Assembly: GCA_963730995.1 (NCBI GenBank)
Contig: CAVSUB010000013.1
Location: forward strand, 2,173,167 to 2,237,166
DNA from: an uncultured Acidobacteriota bacterium
GTDB taxonomy: Bacteria; Acidobacteriota; Vicinamibacteria; Vicinamibacterales; 2-12-FULL-66-21
DNA: 64,000 nt
Reading direction: 5' to 3'
The notes under the pieces were generated by a model, which did no database searches, had not been told where the DNA came from, and saw only the letters and a program-made list of their open reading frames with translations. Within the stretch, counting starts at the first letter, position 1; each line of letters begins with the position of its first letter. The position numbers and the translations under genes are program-made. Shown here one piece after another: positions 1 to 8,251 of the stretch.

Positions 1-118
1 ACGCAAACGCGGGATTCTGGCGCGCGTGGCCTTCGACCAGCGCTCTGGTGTCGGCTGACGCTTCACCCGCAAGGTACAGCGTAAGCAGATCGTCCATCAC
101 CTCGTCGGTTAGCTTCAT
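1..118 (-). CDS. Anti-sigma factor, N-terminal part; the gene runs off the window edge.
   Basis: The reverse complement of 1..118 translates as MKLTDEVMDDLLTLYLAGEASADTRALVEGHARQNPAF. This matches the anti-sigma N-terminal pattern (zf-HC2-like, but lacking the Cys pair). Its ATG at 118..116 overlaps the stop of the upstream ECF sigma gene as ATGA, which is typical sigma/anti-sigma coupling. Confidence 0.55.
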   Translation of the reverse strand, partial: MKLTDEVMDDLLTLYLAGEASADTRALVEGHARQNPAFA

Positions 119-597
119 TGCGATCTCCCTGGCGACTCCGTGGCCGCCGCTATGAGTTTGAGACGCGCCCGGTGGACCCGGATCTTCACGGTGTTGACGG
201 CAATTCCGATCAGCCGCCCGATCTCCTCGTACTCGACGCCAATCGCCGCCAGCATCAAGGGCTCTCGGTACTCGATCGGAAGCGCGCGAATCGCGTCGAG
301 CGTGCGGCGCAACTCGATCCTGGCCTCGGCATTCGGCGTGACGACCTGGTCGGGCACCTGCGCGTCCGGCCAGCGGCTGGCGAACCGTCCTCGGTCATGG
401 GCGAGATTCCGGGCGATCGCGAGCAGGTAGGCCTTCGCGGTCTCCACCCGGATCCGGTCGCGGCCCACCCACGCGCGCAGAAACGTCTCGGATGTGATCT
501 CTGCAGCGGCGTCGTCGCTCGCCGTCAGGGAGCGCGCGAACCTGTAGACGTCCTTCGCATGCGCTTCGTAGAGACTGTGAAATGCCGTGCCGTGCAT
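115..597 (-). CDS. RNA polymerase ECF (sigma-70 family) sigma factor.
   Basis: The 160-aa ORF has sigma-70 region 2 (FLRAW...DRIR) and region 4 (IEYREPLMLAAIGVEYEEIGRLIGIAVNTVKIRVHRARLKL) signatures. Its TGA stop overlaps the downstream anti-sigma start. Confidence 0.9.
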   Translation of the reverse strand: MHGTAFHSLYEAHAKDVYRFARSLTASDDAAAEITSETFLRAWVGRDRIRVETAKAYLLAIARNLAHDRGRFASRWPDAQVPDQVVTPNAEARIELRRTLDAIRALPIEYREPLMLAAIGVEYEEIGRLIGIAVNTVKIRVHRARLKLIAAATESPGRSQ

Positions 598-633
598 CGT
601 GGTCAGGTAGGATACGGAGATCAGCCTCGCGGG

Positions 634-660
634 TTACGGGACGACGTGCGGCGCGGTTCA
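634..660 (-). promoter_or_regulatory. Putative autoregulatory ECF-type promoter: TGAACC-N16-CGTAA.
   Basis: On the minus strand, TGAACC (660..655), a 16-nt spacer and CGTAA (638..634) lie about 35 nt upstream of the sigma start at 597. This resembles SigW/RpoE-like ECF promoters (AAC...CGT). Confidence 0.3.
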
Positions 661-938
661 CCGGCGGGAGGCGAATCGCTACGTACGACTCTGCAGTGCC
701 ATCCTGTAGCAGCCCGGGATTGCGCGGTCGGGACTCGACCCGCGCCGTATGTCGCGGCCCGCGGCGCTCTGTGGGTGGCCTGGGAGGAGGAGTTCGGCGA
801 GACCTGGTTCTACGAGCGTGGCGTACGGTGATTTGCGCGGAGACGCTGTGTTCGGAACGATCTGGGGCTTCGGGTTGGGGTCAGACCTGGGTCTGACCCC
901 ACTATCACTGGAGAGCGACTTGGGGCAGCCTGCCCCAG

Positions 939-1115
939 CTACTCCTGATCGTCCGCCTCCTTCGTGAGCTCCTCGCGGCGCCGATCTTCCTCTTCCTCGG
1001 TTTCTCCAAGGCTCGTCGTTTCGCCACCGCGCTCGATGCCAAGGACATCGCCCGGCTGCGCCCGCTCGGTCTTAGGATCAGGCCACCCTGAGCTGGCCTT
1101 CGGATCGTCTGCCAT
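939..1115 (-). CDS. Small acidic hypothetical protein (about 58 aa).
   Basis: The ATG at 1115 is preceded by a perfect AGGAGG Shine-Dalgarno sequence (reverse complement of 1124..1129). The product MADDPKASSGWPDPKTERAQ...EEEEDRRREELTKEADDQE has no recognisable domain. Confidence 0.4.
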   Translation of the reverse strand: MADDPKASSGWPDPKTERAQPGDVLGIERGGETTSLGETEEEEDRRREELTKEADDQE

Positions 1116-1252
1116 AGATCGCCTCCTGTTGATGTCATTCTCTCTCTGGCCGGCAGATTCTGCCAGAGTTAGATGACGGTGCTGCAACAATTCCTGCGGC
1201 TTCGCGGGTCTTGTTTCAACGCTCGCCGCTGCTGTCGACGAGGTCACCTGGA

Positions 1253-1528
1253 TTAGCTGTCCCTCTGTTCCTGACCCGCGAGGCGTGACCGAGGAACAAC
1301 CTGCCGCCAACCCTGTGCGATCAACTTGCGCTTCCATCGTTCGGCGAGCGCAAACGCTTCCTGGGCATTGATACAGCGTCTCGTCAGGAACGTATCTCCA
1401 TTGATCACAACGCGGAGCTCCCAATCCCGGGACCACGATAGCAGCGCACAGCGAGCGTTGCCCTCCGGGCCGCGGAGCGTCCACAGGGTTCCAACATCGT
1501 TGGCACTTCTCCGTGATCGCGTGAGCAT
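1253..1528 (-). CDS. Hypothetical protein (91 aa).
   Basis: The ORF has a GAAAGGA RBS about 6 nt upstream of its ATG. The product (DWELRVVINGDTFLTRRCINAQEAFALAERWKRKLIAQGW) has non-junk amino-acid composition and no recognisable family. Confidence 0.4.
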   Translation of the reverse strand: MLTRSRRSANDVGTLWTLRGPEGNARCALLSWSRDWELRVVINGDTFLTRRCINAQEAFALAERWKRKLIAQGWRQVVPRSRLAGQEQRDS

Positions 1529-1650
1529 CGCTATCCTTTCTGGCGAATACCCAAGGATTGTAAACAGCTCCTGTGATTACGGTGTGTCAACGGCGCAACA
1601 GCCGCATGACGGCCCGGTCGGACGCGCCAGGGGTTCGCCTCCGGCAGGGC

Positions 1651-2724
1651 TCAATGCACCAAAAAGACGAGCTCGAGCAGGATGAGAATGACGACGATCG
1701 TTTCCAGGAACTCGCCTCGCGCCATCGACGTGTGCTCGACGGCGAAGCGGTAGATGTCATCCACCGTCTTGAGTTTCTCGCGAACGTTCCCCTTCCACTG
1801 CTCGAGTCCGAGCCTGGCAGCGGTCATGGCAAATAGACGCGCCGCGTAGACGTCGCCGGCGATCTTCAGCGCATTCTCCGCCTTATCCGTGAGCTCGTTG
1901 ACGTCGATGAAGAGCGCATGAATCTGCCGCGCTGTGCGGGCGTAGCGACGACCGATCCACGGCGGCCGCCAGCCACCGCGCTGGAGCCGCGCGTACGTGC
2001 GCGCCAGCTCCACGTCGAGCAGGTGGTCGTAGTAACGAAACTCGAGAAGCTGCGAGTTGGCGAATTCAAGAATCTCGAGCACGCCGGACGCACCACTCTG
2101 CGAGTCGTATACGAGCGCGCTGTTCCAGGTCGCAACGACGACGTCGGAGGTGTAGTAGGACAGGCGATGGCGGAGTACTTCTTCACGCTCCTGGCTGCTC
2201 AGCTGTTGGCGCTCGTTGCGTAGCAGCTGAGCGATGAGGTTACCGCGCGTCGAGAGCAGTGCCTCCGCAGTCTCGCCGGACCCATCCGAGAAGACCGTGA
2301 AGACGAAATAGTCCTCGTTGAGAAACTGACCCTCGCGCAGCTTCGTGACGGCGCCGGCGATGCGCGCCAGCAGTTCGCGGCACAGACGTTCCGCGTGCTT
2401 CTCGAGCCTCCCGTCCTCCTGCCATTCCAGACCCGACTCGAGCAACGCGTCCCATGCGTCCGGCAGCTCGCGGGTGAAGGCGACGGAGATCACGCCATAG
2501 TCGAACGCTTTCAACCGTACGCGAAACCCCTGGACATCAGCGAAACCGATAGCGGCGCCGTCCATCGTCAGTGGCGGCTGTTGATACTGGACGTAGGGCG
2601 GCGTCGCGGGGCGCGGCGCAAGCCGCGCCGATACCGTGACGTCAATCTGCGCACCGACAGCCTCGAGGTCAATCGCATCCCCGACCTCGAACAGGAAGAA
2701 GGCGGTCAAGTGACCATGCGGCAT
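1651..2724 (-). CDS. DUF155 (Rmd1/YagE-like) family protein with a C-terminal transmembrane helix.
   Basis: The 357-aa product (alternative start at 2757) resembles the Rmd1/sporulation-related DUF155 family and ends in a hydrophobic helix (IVVILILLELVFLV). Confidence 0.65.
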   Translation of the reverse strand: MPHGHLTAFFLFEVGDAIDLEAVGAQIDVTVSARLAPRPATPPYVQYQQPPLTMDGAAIGFADVQGFRVRLKAFDYGVISVAFTRELPDAWDALLESGLEWQEDGRLEKHAERLCRELLARIAGAVTKLREGQFLNEDYFVFTVFSDGSGETAEALLSTRGNLIAQLLRNERQQLSSQEREEVLRHRLSYYTSDVVVATWNSALVYDSQSGASGVLEILEFANSQLLEFRYYDHLLDVELARTYARLQRGGWRPPWIGRRYARTARQIHALFIDVNELTDKAENALKIAGDVYAARLFAMTAARLGLEQWKGNVREKLKTVDDIYRFAVEHTSMARGEFLETIVVILILLELVFLVH

Positions 2725-2946
2725 AGGTTGCGCCCCAATAGTAGTGCGAAGCTGCAACCTTCCCCCGGGAGGTCTCCGGACCTCGAGCGAAGCTCACCCC
2801 CGGCCGTTACAGCGCCGGCATGAGCGGCTCACTCACGATTGCGATGGGTTACGCAATCGACCGGCCGCTGGCGCGCGTAGCGACCAGAGCGTCCCCACGT
2901 GCGGGCTGAAGGCGGGTGCTGAAGGTGAGTGCGTCCGAGGGCAGGG

Positions 2947-3159
2947 CTAATCGCCGACGACAGCGGGTCCCGTTGCCGGCTTTCCGCATTTCAATTCCGT
3001 CCACTTGTGCCCGCATGCGATGCACCGATAGTAAATCTGCATCGACGTTCGGAGCGTGATCTGAGCCATGTCCTCGGTGCAGGCAGGGCAATGAGGCTCC
3101 GGAGAGCGAGCCGTCGCGCGTCGGTCGAATGAGGGCGACACGGGAATCATAGGCGCCAT
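2947..3159 (-). CDS. Small zinc-ribbon protein with CPAC-X17-CIAC; start uncertain.
   Basis: The ORF encodes ...HCPACTEDMAQITLRTSMQIYYRCIACGHKWTELKCGK, a four-cysteine CxxC...CxxC knuckle pair. It lies directly downstream of the ECF41 sigma gene on the same strand. Confidence 0.35.
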   Translation of the reverse strand: MAPMIPVSPSFDRRATARSPEPHCPACTEDMAQITLRTSMQIYYRCIACGHKWTELKCGKPATGPAVVGD

Positions 3160-3286
3160 ACTGTCAGACGACGCTCGGAGTAGCAAACCGCACTCTCTAA
3201 CGGCCTGCTCGGCTTTGATCGGCTCCCGCTGGCTCCTGGCGCTACCGGGCCGCTGCGAGTTGTCGGAGCCATGGCTTCCGGATATC

Positions 3287-4174
3287 TCAGTCTACGGTCG
3301 ACACGTCCAGCGCGCCGAGCCGCGCCGGATCGCCAATGACCTCGATCTCGGTGATCTTGCCGTCCGCGATCTTGAAGGTGAGCGCTCTGGACAATCGTCC
3401 CCGCGACGCCAGCACGACGCCGATGGCCCCATTCACGAGCGCGGGCCGCACGAGCCGCGCGAGGTGCCCGAAGGCGACCGCCTGCTTCGCCCAGACCGCC
3501 GCGCCGCGGACCTCGGCCGGCGCGCCGGACGGGGCCGTCAGGTCGGTGCGAACGACGAGGCCCGGATCGAGGACGGCGAGCAGGCCTTCGAAGTCGCCGC
3601 CGCGTAACGCCGTCAGAAAGACATCGACGACCTCACGCTGCCGAACGAGATCGGGGTCGGACGCTCCCGCGCCGCCGCGCACGCGGCGCCGCGCACGGCT
3701 GGCGAGCTGGCGCGTCGCCTCTGCGGAACGGCCGACGATGGGCGCGATCTCCTCGAACGGCACGGCAAACATGTCGTGCAGCACGAAGGCGAGGCGTTCC
3801 GCCGGCGTCAGCCTGTCGAGCACGACGAGCAGCGCGAGCCCGACAGAATCAGCGAGGACCGCTTCATGCTCGGGGCTGCTCCCGCTCGGGCCGGTTGCGA
3901 TCGGCTCCGGCGCCTGCGGGGCGAACGGCTCCTCGCGCCGCGATTTGCGCGACCGCAGCATGTCGAGGCACACGCGTGCGACGACGGTGGTCAGCCATCC
4001 GCCGAGGTTGTCGATGCCCGTGGTATCGGCGCGGCTGAGTCGCAGCCACGCCTCCTGAACGGCATCGTCCACCTCGCTCGACGAGCCGAGCATCCGATAA
4101 GCCACGGCCCGCAGGTGGGTTCGGTTCTCTTCGAATCGCTCGGCCAGATAGTCGCGTTCGGTCATCGGTGACAC
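3287..4174 (-). CDS. ECF41-type sigma factor (SigJ-like) with a fused C-terminal SnoaL-like regulatory domain.
   Basis: The N-terminal half has sigma-70 regions 2 and 4 (VQEAWLRLSRAD; LTPAERLAFVLHDMFAVPFEEIAPIVGRSAEATRQLASRARRRV). The 100-aa C-terminal extension (VVDVFLTALRGGDFEGLLAVLDP...KITEI) is as in ECF41, and there is no adjacent anti-sigma gene. The start is GTG at 4174 or ATG at 4165. Confidence 0.85.
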   Translation of the reverse strand: MSPMTERDYLAERFEENRTHLRAVAYRMLGSSSEVDDAVQEAWLRLSRADTTGIDNLGGWLTTVVARVCLDMLRSRKSRREEPFAPQAPEPIATGPSGSSPEHEAVLADSVGLALLVVLDRLTPAERLAFVLHDMFAVPFEEIAPIVGRSAEATRQLASRARRRVRGGAGASDPDLVRQREVVDVFLTALRGGDFEGLLAVLDPGLVVRTDLTAPSGAPAEVRGAAVWAKQAVAFGHLARLVRPALVNGAIGVVLASRGRLSRALTFKIADGKITEIEVIGDPARLGALDVSTVD

Positions 4175-4317
4175 TTCCCCTTGCGTTCCGTCATACCGCT
4201 GACGGACGAACGGCGCTCAATGTGACAAGGCGAGTCCGTTGCCGCGATGCTCTCGAACTGCTCTCCGCTAAACAGCAGTCTTCGCTCATCGGTCACATTC
4301 TCCCGCTGCGTTTCGTC
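4167..4317 (+). promoter_or_regulatory. Two tandem ECF41-type promoter motifs, GGTGACA-N15-CGTC and GGTCACA-N16-CGTC, pointing at the VOC gene.
   Basis: Copy 1 is GGTGACA at 4167..4173 and CGTC at 4189..4192. Copy 2 is GGTCACA at 4291..4297 and CGTC at 4314..4317. Both sit inside a roughly 50-bp imperfect direct repeat (4156..4205 and 4281..4332). Copy 2 matches the published ECF41 target consensus TGTCACA-N16-CGTC at 10 of 11 positions and lies about 45 nt upstream of the VOC ATG. Confidence 0.5.
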
Positions 4318-4365
4318 ATCGCAATGACGCGGCCACGCCCGCGAAAATGTACATTAGGAGGAACC

Positions 4366-4758
4366 ATGAAGATCAAATTGACCAGCGTGTACGTCGCCGA
4401 CCAGGAGAAGGCCCTGCGCTTCTATACCGGAGTGCTGGGCTTTGTGAAGAAGGCTGACTTCAGCAAGCCGCCGTTTCGCTGGCTGACGGTGGCCTCACCA
4501 GAGGACCCGGACGGCACGGAGCTGCAGCTGGCGCTCAACGACAACCCGGCGGCCAAAGCCTACCAGCAGGCGATTTTCCAGCAAGGCCAGCCCGCGGCCA
4601 TGTTCTTCACCGACGACGTCCAGGCCGACTACGAGCGGATGAAAGCGCGGGGTGCCGAGTTCACGATGCCACCGACGGACGTGACCGGCTCGAAGATCGC
4701 CATGCTGAACGACACCTGCGGCAATCTCATTCAGGTCACGCAACTGATGCGCTGGTAG
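4366..4758 (+). CDS. VOC (glyoxalase/bleomycin-resistance) family protein.
   Basis: The 130-aa product (MKIKLTSVYVADQEKALRFYTGVLGF...) has the glyoxalase-fold signature. An AGGAGG RBS lies at 4356..4361. Confidence 0.85.
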   Translation: MKIKLTSVYVADQEKALRFYTGVLGFVKKADFSKPPFRWLTVASPEDPDGTELQLALNDNPAAKAYQQAIFQQGQPAAMFFTDDVQADYERMKARGAEFTMPPTDVTGSKIAMLNDTCGNLIQVTQLMRW

Positions 4759-4988
4759 GGCGGACGTTCAGCAGCCTTCCGGGAGCGCTGCTGACTGCAT
4801 ACCCGGCGTTGCTTCCTGGCAAGGCAACGACAGTGACGGCGTTCGTGTGCGGCGGCCGCTTCGAGCACGAGGCCGTCGCGTCACTCCTGCTGGAGCGATC
4901 CATCGCGCTCGATGCCGACATCGGGAAACAGGTCGATTGAAGCCTTGGCCGCCTCGTCTTCGTCAAGTACTTTGGTAGGATTTCGCGC

Positions 4989-5642
4989 ATGGAAATGCAC
5001 GCGCACGTACCGAAACTCGGCAAGACCCTCGGCCATTGGCTGCTCGAGGGACTGTTCATCGTGATCAGCGTGGCTCTGGGCTTTTGGGTAACGCAGGTCC
5101 GCGAAGAGCGCCAGAGTCATGAACTCGCCGCACGCGTGCTGACAGGTCTGCAGGCGGAGATTCAACACAACCTCACGACGGTCGAACCGTTCATTGCCAT
5201 CCAGCAGAAGTGGCTCGATGCGATGGGCAAATTCGGGTCCGCCACAGATCGTCAAACCGACTTCCCCGTCTGCCCGACGTCCTCGACGGCATGTGGCATG
5301 TTCTTCGCCACCCGTCCGGATCTCGGGGAGATCAAAACCAACTTCCCGATCTTCCGCCGGGCCGCGTGGGATACGGCGCTTTCGACAGGGGCGCTGCGGC
5401 TCGTGGATTACGATCTCGCTGCCGGACTGTCCGAGATCTACCAGATGCAGGATCTCTTCAAGAACAACCTGGAGAAGGTTGGCCCGTCTTCCACGGACTG
5501 GTTCGACGCGGCCGCTCGCGATGCGGCAGTTCGCAAGACGTACATGGCAATGGTCGAAGTGCTATACGACGAGCGTCAGCTCCTGCTTCCGCTATATCGC
5601 AAATACCTGCCCCTCATCGCCGCCGCGGTTGGCCAAGGCTGA
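4989..5642 (+). CDS. Hypothetical membrane-anchored protein with an N-terminal transmembrane helix.
   Basis: The 217-aa product has a balanced, protein-like composition (K, N, F, Y, I) that is unlike the GC-driven junk ORFs. One transmembrane helix is predicted (WLLEGLFIVISVALGFWV). Confidence 0.5.
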   Translation: MEMHAHVPKLGKTLGHWLLEGLFIVISVALGFWVTQVREERQSHELAARVLTGLQAEIQHNLTTVEPFIAIQQKWLDAMGKFGSATDRQTDFPVCPTSSTACGMFFATRPDLGEIKTNFPIFRRAAWDTALSTGALRLVDYDLAAGLSEIYQMQDLFKNNLEKVGPSSTDWFDAAARDAAVRKTYMAMVEVLYDERQLLLPLYRKYLPLIAAAVGQG

Positions 5643-5784
5643 GTGCTCTCGCCCTGCGAGATGTCGCACTTCAACAGGATCTCATGGCGCGTTCACGGCG
5701 GGGCGCACGCACGTCGAAACGGGGCAGCCGGGGTGGCAGCACCAACTCGACTGTGAGAAACTTCACATACTGCCTGATGATCCG

Positions 5785-6210
5785 ATGGTCACGATAGAAC
5801 CGCGGCCGTACGGCGCGGACATGACGCCCGAGGAGCGCGATGCGCTGTTGTCGCGCGTCTACGTCGTCGAGCCGGGGATTGTCTTCTATCGCGAAATCCC
5901 CGTTCAGACGGTGGAGAGCATCGATCTAATGCTCGAACGATTGTACGAACTCGGAAGCCAGTGGCCGACATTTATCGAGGTCCTGGATCTCGCGACGGTC
6001 ACACGGCCCTCTCCTGCCGTACGCGCCGCTATCCGGACATGGATGCTCCGCATCGCGCCGCGGATGACACAAATGTGCGTCATCGTGGAAAAGAACGTCG
6101 TCATCCGAGCAGTCGCGCGGTTCGTCGGGTATTCGATGAACATCAGGAAGGTGTCGTTCCACGAGACGGAGGCGGAGGCGATCGATGTCGCGCGGCGATT
6201 ACGCGCCTGA
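5785..6210 (+). CDS. Hypothetical protein, possibly a STAS-like sensory partner of the adjacent histidine kinase.
   Basis: The 141-aa product (MVTIEPRPYGADMTPEERDALLSRVYV...VLDLATVTRPSPAVRAAIRTWMLRIAPRMTQMCVIVEKNVVIRAV) overlaps the start of the histidine kinase gene by 26 nt, suggesting co-translation. Confidence 0.4.
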   Translation: MVTIEPRPYGADMTPEERDALLSRVYVVEPGIVFYREIPVQTVESIDLMLERLYELGSQWPTFIEVLDLATVTRPSPAVRAAIRTWMLRIAPRMTQMCVIVEKNVVIRAVARFVGYSMNIRKVSFHETEAEAIDVARRLRA

Positions 6211-7132
6211 CCAGGACGGCGTCGTCGCTGAGATCCTGCGGCACCTGGCGGAAATCGGTGCCGGGCGTACCAGCATCACCGACGACGACCTCGCGAACGC
6301 TCCCACTGACGTCATGCGGGAACTGCTGGTCGGACTGCTGACACTGCATGAAGACCTGCAGTACGAGCAGGGCCTGCGAGCCGTCGCGGAGCAGCAGTCC
6401 GACCGGCTGGTCGCAGACCTGCGCGCCGCGGTGACGGCGCGAGACGAATTCCTGTCGATTGCATCACACGAGTTGCGCACTCCGCTGAGCACGCTCAGGT
6501 TGCAGACGGCCGGTCTCGCACGCTGGCTGTCTCAGGCGTCGCTGCCCGAGCATGAGCCCCACCTCCTGAAGCACTTCGCGGTCATCGACCGGCAAGTCGC
6601 GAGGCTGGAGAAGCTCACGACCGAGCTGCTCGACGTGAGCCGTATCACGTCGGGGCGCCTCGAGTTGCATCGCGAGCACTTCGATCTCGTGGTACTCGTT
6701 CGTGAGATAGTCGAGCGGTTCCGCGCCGACCAGGCGCGAGGTTCATCGCCCATCGTGTTCGAGAGCGCTCCGAGTGTCGTCGGCGAATGGGATCCCTTCC
6801 GGATCGACCAGGTCGCGTCGAACCTGGTCGTCAACGCCATTCGCTACGGCGAAGGCAAGCCGGTCCACGTGTCGGTGCACGCTGTGGACGACGCGGCGCG
6901 ACTCATCGTGCGCGATGAGGGCATCGGCATTGCTGCCGACCACAAGGAGCGAATCTTCGAACGATTCGAACGGGCGGTGTCGTCGTCGAACTACGGCGGC
7001 CTGGGATTGGGCCTCTGGATTGCGAGGCGGGTCGTCGACGCTCACGATGGCGCCATCGACGTCGACAGCGAGCCCGGGCTGGGAGCCACGTTTACGGTGA
7101 CGCTGCCGCTCCCGACGCGGGGCTCTGGATAG
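6185..7132 (+). CDS. Sensor histidine kinase (HisKA + HATPase_c), soluble, with no transmembrane or known sensor domain.
   Basis: The H-box SIASHELRTPLSTL and the N, G1, G2 boxes (NAIRYGEG, DEGIGIA, GGLGLGLWIAR) are present. Confidence 0.9.
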   Translation: MSRGDYAPDQDGVVAEILRHLAEIGAGRTSITDDDLANAPTDVMRELLVGLLTLHEDLQYEQGLRAVAEQQSDRLVADLRAAVTARDEFLSIASHELRTPLSTLRLQTAGLARWLSQASLPEHEPHLLKHFAVIDRQVARLEKLTTELLDVSRITSGRLELHREHFDLVVLVREIVERFRADQARGSSPIVFESAPSVVGEWDPFRIDQVASNLVVNAIRYGEGKPVHVSVHAVDDAARLIVRDEGIGIAADHKERIFERFERAVSSSNYGGLGLGLWIARRVVDAHDGAIDVDSEPGLGATFTVTLPLPTRGSG

Positions 7133-7138
7133 GCGGGC

Positions 7139-7519
7139 ATGACAAAAGCACGCGTCACGGTCATCGAAGACGACAGCGACCTCCGCGAGGCGATCTGCGT
7201 GATGCTCCGCTACGAAGGATACGAGGCCTCTGGCTTCTCCAACGCGAGGGAGGCCATCCATCGGCTCGAAGGCGGGCATCAGTCGGATGTAATCCTGCTC
7301 GACCTGATGATGCCGGTCATGAACGGCTGGGAGTTCTGCGAATACCGCGCGGAGGCGGCCGCGCTGGCCAGAGTGCCTGTGATCGTCATCACCGCCAGAC
7401 GAGCGGTGACGCCGCCACGCGGCGTCAGCGACGTCCTGCTGAAGCCGTTCGACGCCGACGAGTTGTACGACGCGATCAACAAGGTCCTCCCGGGATCGCC
7501 GGTGACGGACGGCCGGTAG
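7139..7519 (+). CDS. Single-domain response regulator (CheY-like receiver).
   Basis: The 126-aa product has the VIEDD...DVILLDLMMPVMNGWEF...LLKPF receiver signature. It follows the histidine kinase after a 6-nt gap. Confidence 0.9.
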   Translation: MTKARVTVIEDDSDLREAICVMLRYEGYEASGFSNAREAIHRLEGGHQSDVILLDLMMPVMNGWEFCEYRAEAAALARVPVIVITARRAVTPPRGVSDVLLKPFDADELYDAINKVLPGSPVTDGR

Positions 7520-7592
7520 CGCCAGGAACCCAGGATCTAGCTGAGACCTTTGCGCGCTGGGGTGGGTCAGCGCGGCGTTATCAAGCGTGCAG

Positions 7593-8162
7593 TCAAAAGT
7601 AAACCGTGGCCCCGAGCGTCCACTGCGATCCTCTGTGCCCTGGTATCAGGCCGCTGATGAGTCCTACACCCGGGTTGTTGTCCTTGCCGAAGTCGAGGAA
7701 GGTGTAGCGATAGTCGCCGTGGATCCCGAAGTGACTCCCGGCAAGGGCCTCGAGCCCGATGCCGGCGTGCCAGCCGAACTCGGTGGCTTCCACGGCCGGG
7801 TCGTTAGGTGCGTTGAGCAATTCCACCTTCCGTCGGTACCAACCCGGACCGCCCAGCAGGTATGGCGCCACCTTGCCGCTGGCCAACTTCATGAGCAGCG
7901 ACGCTTGAATGGGCCACTCGGTCACCTTCTGGTTGAGGAGCTCGAGTGTTTCTGAATGGTGGTCCAAGGAGACTTCCAGCCCCCAGCGGCTGGAGATGAG
8001 CCGGATCTGACCGCCGGTGAATCGGATCGAATCGACATCGACCTCCGAATCGGCCTTGACCCACGCCATGCGTGCGCCCACGCCGAAGCCCTGGGCAGAG
8101 GCGATGGACGGACGGGCGAACAGCGCAGCCGACACGACGACGGACACGATGATGTAGCGCAT
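7593..8162 (-). CDS. Outer-membrane beta-barrel protein (OmpA-like transmembrane / OmpW-like porin family).
   Basis: The signal peptide MRYIIVSVVVSAALFARPSIASA is followed by alternating amphipathic beta-strands and a C-terminal aromatic residue (...TLGATVYF). Confidence 0.7.
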   Translation of the reverse strand: MRYIIVSVVVSAALFARPSIASAQGFGVGARMAWVKADSEVDVDSIRFTGGQIRLISSRWGLEVSLDHHSETLELLNQKVTEWPIQASLLMKLASGKVAPYLLGGPGWYRRKVELLNAPNDPAVEATEFGWHAGIGLEALAGSHFGIHGDYRYTFLDFGKDNNPGVGLISGLIPGHRGSQWTLGATVYF

Positions 8163-8251
8163 GGACGCGGTGCAGGCAATTCGCATTCTTGGACTCCACG
8201 CCCTGGTACGGCGGCCGGCGGCCGCCGAAGAAAATGCAGCGTATCCCTGTC

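Noticed and set aside
7549-7576. Hairpin GCGCGCTG-ggggtgggt-CAGCGCG between the response regulator and the outer-membrane protein gene.
   Set aside because: The stem is only 7-8 bp with an imperfect base and no U-tract. It is indistinguishable from background GC palindromes.
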